From a virus (taxonomy: Duplodnaviria > Caudoviricetes): a stretch of 64,000 nucleotides of DNA. The notes beneath the pieces were generated by a model. The model ran no database searches. It was not told the DNA's origin and was given only the letters and a program-made list of their open reading frames with translations. Below, piece after piece: positions 57,696-64,000 of this stretch (positions within the stretch are counted from its first letter, which is position 1; each line of letters begins with the position of its first letter). Where the stretch lies: the IMG/VR virus record IMGVR_UViG_3300005076_000002, positions 128,001-192,000 of that record; one strand, written 5' to 3'. Made by a program: the position numbers and the translations under genes.

Positions 57696-57738
57696 AAGAT
57701 CTAGGGGTAAATCCCCTAGTTCTTTTTTTTTGCCCCAA

Positions 57739-57771
57739 CTAAAATCTTTTCAGACATATGTTATAAAAGTG
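57739..57771 (+). promoter_or_regulatory. putative early promoter
   Basis: CTAAAATCTTTTCAGACATAT identical (21 bp) to 2842-2862. Confidence 0.7.
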
Positions 57772-57812
57772 ATGTTCATCCTTAAATTTGAATAGTGTAA
57801 TTAGGAGAAACC

Positions 57813-58445
57813 ATGAACGATAAAGTGCTATTCGCCGATGTACCCAAGTCTTTGCTTGGAACCTGTTTTGGTATGCTGGCCTATAACGATCCCGGTCACC
57901 AGCTACCCCATATTCGTGACGTTGCACGTAATGGAATACGTGTAGCGGATTACTACTACCTCGATCCTATGCCATTTAAACTGGCAGCGGTGTGTCATGA
58001 CATCTACTCTTCCGCCAACCGTACTGAACACCATACGTTGGCAGGGGAATGGGTACGTAACAACTTCAAGCACTACCGTGGGCTTGAGAAGTATGCCGAC
58101 CTAGTCGCGCGGATGTGTGAACAACACCGCAGCAGTTATAAAGGAAAGTACGCCGGCCTGTTTGAAGAAGGCTTTGCAGCAGCTGATCGTGGAGTACCTA
58201 CGGTTGAGAACTCGATAGTGCGTAGTTTCCAACACCACAGTGCTACATCCACTGACGCACTGGAGGTTCGCATCAAAGCCAGTATTGCGCATCTGCAAGA
58301 GAAGTTCGGTCCCGGCGGTTATAACCGGGAGAATAAAGTGCATGTCGATGTGTTCGGTGATGCACTGGAACGTTTCAAGGGTACAGTCATGGATCTGACC
58401 GTAGAGCAGTATATCTACGTCTTGAAGAAACATAATCTGGTATAA
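57813..58445 (+). CDS. HD-domain phosphohydrolase
   Basis: GHQLPHIRDV, AAVCHDI, EHH, CEQHR, AAAD metal-binding pattern. Confidence 0.8.
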   Translation: MNDKVLFADVPKSLLGTCFGMLAYNDPGHQLPHIRDVARNGIRVADYYYLDPMPFKLAAVCHDIYSSANRTEHHTLAGEWVRNNFKHYRGLEKYADLVARMCEQHRSSYKGKYAGLFEEGFAAADRGVPTVENSIVRSFQHHSATSTDALEVRIKASIAHLQEKFGPGGYNRENKVHVDVFGDALERFKGTVMDLTVEQYIYVLKKHNLV

Positions 58446-58455
58446 GGAGCAACAA

Positions 58456-59277
58456 GTGATTGTAGTGTTACCGATCCGTCGGGGAGAGAATGCTCTCCCC
58501 CGTTTGAATTCCTTCCTGGGCAAGTATAGCGATGAGTATGCGGAGCATCGCATTAAGCACAACGGTAACGTAGACCTTAACTACCTCTACGAATCCGTCG
58601 GTAAGCTGCATCCGGCTTTGGAGATCCACTATGACCTTAGTGTAACCTACGAGGTCTATGTGTTTGAAAACCAAGACCAGCGGGTTTATTTCCTGGGGTA
58701 CTTCCCGCACTATGAAAATGGTCTACGGGACAACAAGCTTCACATCGACTATATGAACTTCTGTGCGGCGCTGTACAGTCTTGGGGCTACTGTCAATGTC
58801 TTACCGCTGATGGGTGCCGGTGGACCGATGGGCACTTACCTCACATACTACAACAACGGTGAGCTCAGTCATGGTAAAGTCCACGTAGCTACTATTGGCC
58901 CTGACGATGAGGTCGGTTTGCTTGAACTCATCTCCAAGCTGGCATCGGACAAAACCGAACACGTAGTCGACCTTACTGGCCGTATCCGTGGACTGGGTAT
59001 ACGTGAAGTCCATTGGCCTAAGGTCATTCTCGATGCTGAGACAACCACTACGGTGTCCTACTTCTTCTGGGAAGAGGTCATCGTACTGCCGGACAACACC
59101 CCGGAAGAAATCACTGCAAAGTTTGAAAGTAAAGTCGAAGATATGGAATCGCGTAAAGCGATCGACGTGTTGACGAGGTATTGCAAACACATCCCTACTG
59201 TGGAACACGCATTTAGACATGCTGACCGTACAGTGAAGGCGGAGTTGATTGAAATAACTACGCCATGGAACGAATGA
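58456..59277 (+). CDS. hypothetical protein
   Basis: AAGGAG RBS, GTG start. Confidence 0.75.
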   Translation: MIVVLPIRRGENALPRLNSFLGKYSDEYAEHRIKHNGNVDLNYLYESVGKLHPALEIHYDLSVTYEVYVFENQDQRVYFLGYFPHYENGLRDNKLHIDYMNFCAALYSLGATVNVLPLMGAGGPMGTYLTYYNNGELSHGKVHVATIGPDDEVGLLELISKLASDKTEHVVDLTGRIRGLGIREVHWPKVILDAETTTTVSYFFWEEVIVLPDNTPEEITAKFESKVEDMESRKAIDVLTRYCKHIPTVEHAFRHADRTVKAELIEITTPWNE

Positions 59278-59330
59278 CTACCGGGAGGCTATAAGCCTCC
59301 CCTTTTTTATTTTTATTTGGGAGTAATATC

Positions 59331-60485
59331 ATGTTTAATATTTATTTTCTCTCCACCCTTAGTTCGTTTTATACGCATCGCAACATTACCCAGGGTGCTA
59401 TCATCTACGATAATGAATCCGAAGGCATCCGTCGGGTTATTACTCAAACTGGTAAAGCTAGTAAGATCTTTACCCAGATGAATGAGGACACCATCGCTAA
59501 AGAAATTGCACAGCGGTTTAGCCCCACTACTGCAATGCATTTGGATAAACTCATCTCAGAACTGACCCACAACAAGGTTCGCATTAATTTGCCGCCCTGT
59601 CACGATATTAAGTTCCGTGTAGTAAGTCTGATGGAATCTGGGGATCGTGTTGATCCCGTTAGTTCCACGTACTTGACGGTACTCGAGTACGAGTTTAATG
59701 AAGACGCATTGCTGGCCGAGATACTGGAGCGTAACAAGGTTAAAATCTTGAGTCCTGATATCATACTGCCGTGCGATGTCGGCATTCGATATGACTTGAT
59801 CTGGCGTGGTGTACCGGCGGCCCACTACGACTACTACGACATGCGTACGGCTACCTATTTAGAAAAGCTGTCGTTCATGGAGTCCATGTTAACGATCAGG
59901 GATGAGAATAAGTTCCGCCCAACCAGATTGTCGGCGCGTACTATGTGCCATTATGGCCTGACTGACGACGAGATTGTCGATATTTTGAAGTCGGGCTCTG
60001 GTCTGTGTCGACTCCCGTACACGATCGAAGACGTAGATACTATTCTGACCATGCGTTTAGATCATGGTACTGGCGCTATGAAACTTACTGCGGAGGTTGC
60101 AAAAGAGGAGATTCTCCGGCGTAGAAATACCCCCAGCAGTGAAGGTGGTTATGCTGACCTCGTATATTGCGGTAGTCCTATTCAACGTAGCGTGGTGCTG
60201 AACGTCATTGCGCTCGGTGAAACCCAGCGTAGTGCCGAGTACCCGATCGACTGCATGATCTCGCAATACGAATACTTCAAGAAGAACGCAGCTGAATACA
60301 TACCGGTATCGGTGACAGCCGAACCTTTCATCAAAGCACTCACACAACTCTTGGGCATTAATCTGGGGCAGTTGAAATCTATATTCGGTTGGGACGACAT
60401 CACCGGCTGGAGCTTCGAACTCTATGAAGTAAAACAGCTCAATCCTGATGAACCCGAAATTCGCACCCTTTTGGAGAAATTCTAA
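59331..60485 (+). CDS. hypothetical protein
   Basis: GGGAG RBS; 384 aa. Confidence 0.75.
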   Translation: MFNIYFLSTLSSFYTHRNITQGAIIYDNESEGIRRVITQTGKASKIFTQMNEDTIAKEIAQRFSPTTAMHLDKLISELTHNKVRINLPPCHDIKFRVVSLMESGDRVDPVSSTYLTVLEYEFNEDALLAEILERNKVKILSPDIILPCDVGIRYDLIWRGVPAAHYDYYDMRTATYLEKLSFMESMLTIRDENKFRPTRLSARTMCHYGLTDDEIVDILKSGSGLCRLPYTIEDVDTILTMRLDHGTGAMKLTAEVAKEEILRRRNTPSSEGGYADLVYCGSPIQRSVVLNVIALGETQRSAEYPIDCMISQYEYFKKNAAEYIPVSVTAEPFIKALTQLLGINLGQLKSIFGWDDITGWSFELYEVKQLNPDEPEIRTLLEKF

Positions 60486-61174
60486 TGAAATCTGTAAAAC
60501 ACAATGAACTGTGCAATATGCCGTCTGGTACCATCTTCCTGGCGGACAACTACGATCGACTCACTGTACTGGAGTCTGGCTGTGGCTTTAAAGACCCCTA
60601 TCGGGACTTCTTTTATATTACAGCGGCGGGAGCTTATGACATACGTGAGGCTGCCTACGAAGCCGGTACGATCAATCCGCATAACAACGTAGGTCGTACT
60701 GATATCACTGACTTCGTAGTCGGTGGTCGTGATGGACTCTTCGATGAAGCACAAGACTACCTTGTGTTTGAGTCGCTCGATGAGTTCCATCGTTATGCAC
60801 ATGAGCAGGTGTTGTTGCCGTATCGGATGCCAGCTCACATCAAAGGGCCTACACAGGCCCAGATGACCGAGGAAGGCCTCAAGGTAGACGAATACTACTG
60901 TATGGAAGGAAACGTCGCCATGGGTCGTCTGGTGCATATCGGTCACGAGTTCGGTCGTCCTGATCACAAGACCGTCCATCTGGAAGTAGTCGACAATAAC
61001 CCACTGTATTTCTCAGCGGCTATTCAAACTATGCCGATGGAGCGCTTCCTGGCTCAGTTCCACCACTTCAATACCGACACGGTCAAACAGATCGTTGCGC
61101 AAAACCCAGTCGTGGTAGAAGTAGCAGATAAGATGAAGACTGAAATCGACGCCCATGTGGCTAAGAAGGATTAA
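60485..61174 (+). CDS. hypothetical protein
   Basis: TAATG coupling. Confidence 0.75.
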   Translation: MKSVKHNELCNMPSGTIFLADNYDRLTVLESGCGFKDPYRDFFYITAAGAYDIREAAYEAGTINPHNNVGRTDITDFVVGGRDGLFDEAQDYLVFESLDEFHRYAHEQVLLPYRMPAHIKGPTQAQMTEEGLKVDEYYCMEGNVAMGRLVHIGHEFGRPDHKTVHLEVVDNNPLYFSAAIQTMPMERFLAQFHHFNTDTVKQIVAQNPVVVEVADKMKTEIDAHVAKKD

Positions 61175-61531
61175 ATGACAATCGGGCAACGTTCGTTTCT
61201 GTACCATGCTATTACATGGGTGTTCCTGGTAGGTTCCCTGACTGGTTTGTATTTCAACAGTCAACCGCCTGAGAAGTTTCATAAATTGAGTAGGGTTTAC
61301 TTTAGTTGTCCATCCGACGACTATCGTTCCTACGAAGTGGTGCGCTCCAGTGAGGGGCGCATTACCGCAATTTATGATCGGGAATACAAAAAGCTTTTAA
61401 CCGGTCGTGAGTACGTTGAGAAAACGACTAATTGTATTGTGGTAAAAGTGGGAGAGTCTGACCTGGATCATGAAGGTCAGAACTTCTTTGAAATCATTAC
61501 ATTCGGGAGCGAAAATGAAGAATTACCTTGA
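61175..61531 (+). CDS. membrane-anchored or exported hypothetical protein
   Basis: N-terminal hydrophobic helix; two Cys. Confidence 0.65.
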   Translation: MTIGQRSFLYHAITWVFLVGSLTGLYFNSQPPEKFHKLSRVYFSCPSDDYRSYEVVRSSEGRITAIYDREYKKLLTGREYVEKTTNCIVVKVGESDLDHEGQNFFEIITFGSENEELP

Positions 61532-62402
61532 TCTGTTGCGTGACGTACGTGAAAATGGCCGTGCTCGTGGTGACCGTACTGGCACTGGAACCATCTCCGT
61601 ATTCGATCGTCACTTGAGCTGGAACCTCAGTGAAGGGTTCCCTCTGGTGACCACCAAGAAGTGCCACCTGCGCTCTATCATCCATGAACTGCTCTGGTTT
61701 GTCTCTGGTGATACCAATATCCGTTATCTCAATGACAACGGGGTAACTATCTGGGACGAGTGGGCGGCCAAAGCAGATGTCAATGTCCACGCCAAGCGCG
61801 TGACCATTAACGACATCAAGCAACACCTGGTGGGCATCAAAGGTCTGGGTGTCGGTCAGGCTGAAGACCGTCTGCGTAAAGCTCATCTCAAATCAATCGA
61901 TGAGAAGTATTCGGCCAGTGGGTTGGATGCACCTACCCGCATGATCGCAGTATTGCGTGAAGAGGGTATCCTCGACGAGAACGAGATCGTCCTGCCAGCG
62001 GTAATCCGTACTATCAAGAAGGGTGATCTGGGTCCGGTCTATGGCGAAATGCTTCGTGCGTTCCCTGGGCCCAATGGTCCGGTAGACCAACTCAAAGAAC
62101 TGATCCATGGTCTGGCTACCCAGCCGTTCTCTCGCCGCCATATCGTAGACCTGTGGTGCCCTGCGGTATTGCCGAATGAGAAGCTCTCTGTTGAAGAGAA
62201 CGTCATGGCTGGTAAGCAGGCACTGGCCCCGTGCCACTATGGCTTCCAGTGCTACGTAGAGGAGCTCACCGATAAGGAGCGGTACGGTCTCTATACCGCC
62301 ACCCACGATACTTGGTGTGGAGATATTCCGCAGGATCTGGAAAACGTGATGGATGTAGCGCGTATTCCGAAGTATCGTCTGTCGTTGAAGTGGTTCCAGC
62401 GT
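61515..62402 (+). CDS. thyA: thymidylate synthase, exon 1
   Basis: DRTGTGT, FPLVTTKK, IIHELLWFVSGDTNI, IWDEWA, DLGPVYG, SRRHI, LAPCH; ends KWFQR. Confidence 0.92.
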
Positions 62403-63536
62403 TAAGAACAGAGCGCCTTCAGGTCGTGAGGCCTGTCGAATAACTCTTCCTAAAACGGGAAAGCCTATTACAGGTTAATAGGTCAATCCGTTGCTAAACT
62501 ACACAAGCTGACCTATTATATGGATTACCTTTCAACATCGAGGTGAATATGATAGGGGTTTACTATTTGGTAAATAAAACCAATGGTCGATTTTATATTG
62601 GCAGTTCTGGTAAGTTGAGGACTCGCCAACGTAAACACGAAATGGATATACAAAATGGAAAACATACAAACGTCAACGTGGCAACTGATATAGCCTTAGG
62701 ACATAAGTTTGAATTCCAGATTAAGGTACTTACTGAAACTAGAAAAGAAGCATATGCGCATGAGCAGCGTCTTATCACGGAAAATAAAGACAATCCTCTC
62801 ATGTACAATATTGGCCTGAACTCACTTGGCGGTGATAACCTCACCCGCCATCCAGATAAAGCTAACATTATCCAACAGCGTATTAACACTGTCAGTAAAA
62901 AGATGGAACGTATGTCGGTTGGGGAACGCAAGGCTAAATATGGTAAGCCAGGCCAATTAAATGGTATGTATGGTAGAACTCACACTGAGGAAGTACGTCG
63001 TGCGTTATCAGAACGTTTGCGTGGTGTCCCAAATCCTAAGGCAGGGAAAAGCCTTACGGAAGACGGGCGGCGGCGGATGTCTGAGTACGGGAAGACTAGG
63101 ACAGGAGTCCGCAATCCCTTCTTTGGTAAAACTCATTCAAAAGAGACACGGGCTAAGTTAGCCGAAAAACAACGCGGTGTTAAACCCGCAAACAGTTTGA
63201 AAGTCTCAATTGAAGGAGTTGTCTACGATTCGTATCATGATGCTTCTGTAGCTATTGGAAAGAACGTCACGGTAATTCGGTGGCGGGCACTCAGTAAGAA
63301 TCCTAAGTATGCCAATTGGTTCCTTGTGTAGAATGCCCAGAGGGTATCGAAAGCGTTCCTAGGACTAAAAAGGAACAGTGAGTAGAGTAGGGTGGAAGTC
63401 CACCTGAAACGGAAGAGAGTCTCTCATGGATGATGAGACTGTGATTTACTCCGACACCTGCCGTAAGGTGGGAGTGGTTTTGTAGTGCCCCTTTGCAAAC
63501 CAACTAACGCTTAACGACCGTTAGTTAACCGACAAG
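62403..63536 (+). mobile_element. group I self-splicing intron in thyA
   Basis: Removing it restores QR|SVDTFLGLPFNIASY; exon ends in U and intron ends in G; P1 GCGU/GCGC; P10 ACAGA(62408-12)/UCUGU; P3 ACUCUUCC/GGAAGAGAGU; P7 GAGUA/UACUC. Confidence 0.9.
62549..63331 (+). CDS. intron-encoded GIY-YIG homing endonuclease (I-TevI-like) with NUMOD3 motifs
   Basis: GVYYLVNKTNGRFYIGSS..R...H, E, YN catalytic pattern; NGMYGRTHTEEVR and NPFFGKTHSKETRAKL. Confidence 0.9.
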   Translation: MIGVYYLVNKTNGRFYIGSSGKLRTRQRKHEMDIQNGKHTNVNVATDIALGHKFEFQIKVLTETRKEAYAHEQRLITENKDNPLMYNIGLNSLGGDNLTRHPDKANIIQQRINTVSKKMERMSVGERKAKYGKPGQLNGMYGRTHTEEVRRALSERLRGVPNPKAGKSLTEDGRRRMSEYGKTRTGVRNPFFGKTHSKETRAKLAEKQRGVKPANSLKVSIEGVVYDSYHDASVAIGKNVTVIRWRALSKNPKYANWFLV

Positions 63537-63836
63537 TCTGTCGATACGTTTTTGGGGCTCCCCTTCAACATCGCCTCCTACGCCATGCTGACGCATGCCA
63601 TTGCCAACAGCCTCAATATGGTTGTCGGTACCCTGAGTGTCTCCATGGGTGACGTCCACATCTACTCCAACCATCTGGAGCAGGTAGACCTGCAACTGAC
63701 CCGTGAGCCGCTGGCATTGCCACGGTTCAAAATCACCGCCCCGGTGGGTACCTCTATCTTTGACCTGAAGTTCGATGACTTCCAGGTGGAAGGATATGAA
63801 TCCCATCCGGCTATCAAAGCGCCTATCTCGAAGTAA
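63537..63836 (+). CDS. thyA: thymidylate synthase, exon 2
   Basis: SVDTFLGLPFNIASYAMLT..GDVHIYSNHLEQV..QL.REP..Y.SHPAIKAP. Confidence 0.92.
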   Translation, partial: SVDTFLGLPFNIASYAMLTHAIANSLNMVVGTLSVSMGDVHIYSNHLEQVDLQLTREPLALPRFKITAPVGTSIFDLKFDDFQVEGYESHPAIKAPISK

Positions 63837-63879
63837 GGCATAAAAGGGTAGGGGTATATCCCCTACCCTAGGAGGTTCT

Positions 63880-64000
63880 ATGGCCTTCACTTCGCCAAGT
63901 GAATTACGCTGGCATTTTGTGGAATACCTGAATATGGGATATAAACTCCCACTGACAGTACCTGCAAAAGATCTTCATCAGGTATGGTTTGACATGGACG
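63880..64000 (+). CDS. hypothetical protein, 3'-truncated by the window
   Basis: AGGAGG RBS; open frame to the window end. Confidence 0.55.
   Translation, partial: MAFTSPSELRWHFVEYLNMGYKLPLTVPAKDLHQVWFDMD

Noticed and set aside
61770-62030. Intein in thyA exon 1
   Set aside because: No C/S start, HN-C/S/T end or splicing motifs; too short
1-64000. CRISPR array, rRNA, IS elements, integrase
   Set aside because: No regularly spaced repeats or recognisable genes; the repeated motifs are dispersed promoters and terminators
1-64000. Alternative genetic code (stop reassignment)
   Set aside because: Standard code gives dense, full-length genes using all three stops; the two breaks are frame shifts, not in-frame stops

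Overview
This window looks like part of a phiKZ-like (Chimalliviridae-type) jumbo myophage genome, most likely infecting a gammaproteobacterium. All homology calls come from recognised motifs and gene order, not from database searches. The left part (4.4-21 kb) is the conserved core block: DnaB-like helicase, major capsid protein (split by a +1 frame break at about 7620), a non-virion RNA polymerase beta-like subunit, portal, virion proteins and RuvC. From 23.7 to 36.3 kb, and again at 47.8-50.2 kb, lies a large family of paralogous tail/virion genes, including eight 334-389 aa paralogs with a conserved scaffold and hypervariable C-terminal segments. The rest is accessory: TerB, GNAT, an HEXXH protease, DprA/SLOG, a dCTP deaminase fusion, a BCS1-like AAA ATPase next to SspB, an HD hydrolase and many small membrane proteins. 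It ends with thymidylate synthase interrupted by a group I intron carrying a GIY-YIG homing endonuclease. A recurring early-promoter-like motif, TATG late-promoter-like starts and a stereotyped CTAGGGG/CCCCTAG terminator family can be read directly. The best candidates for undescribed biology are the variable tail-protein repertoire, a structured non-coding RNA with its own promoter and terminator at about 39.7-39.86 kb, an 11-codon minigene/sRNA unit at about 2.74-2.83 kb, and the BCS1-like AAA + SspB module.
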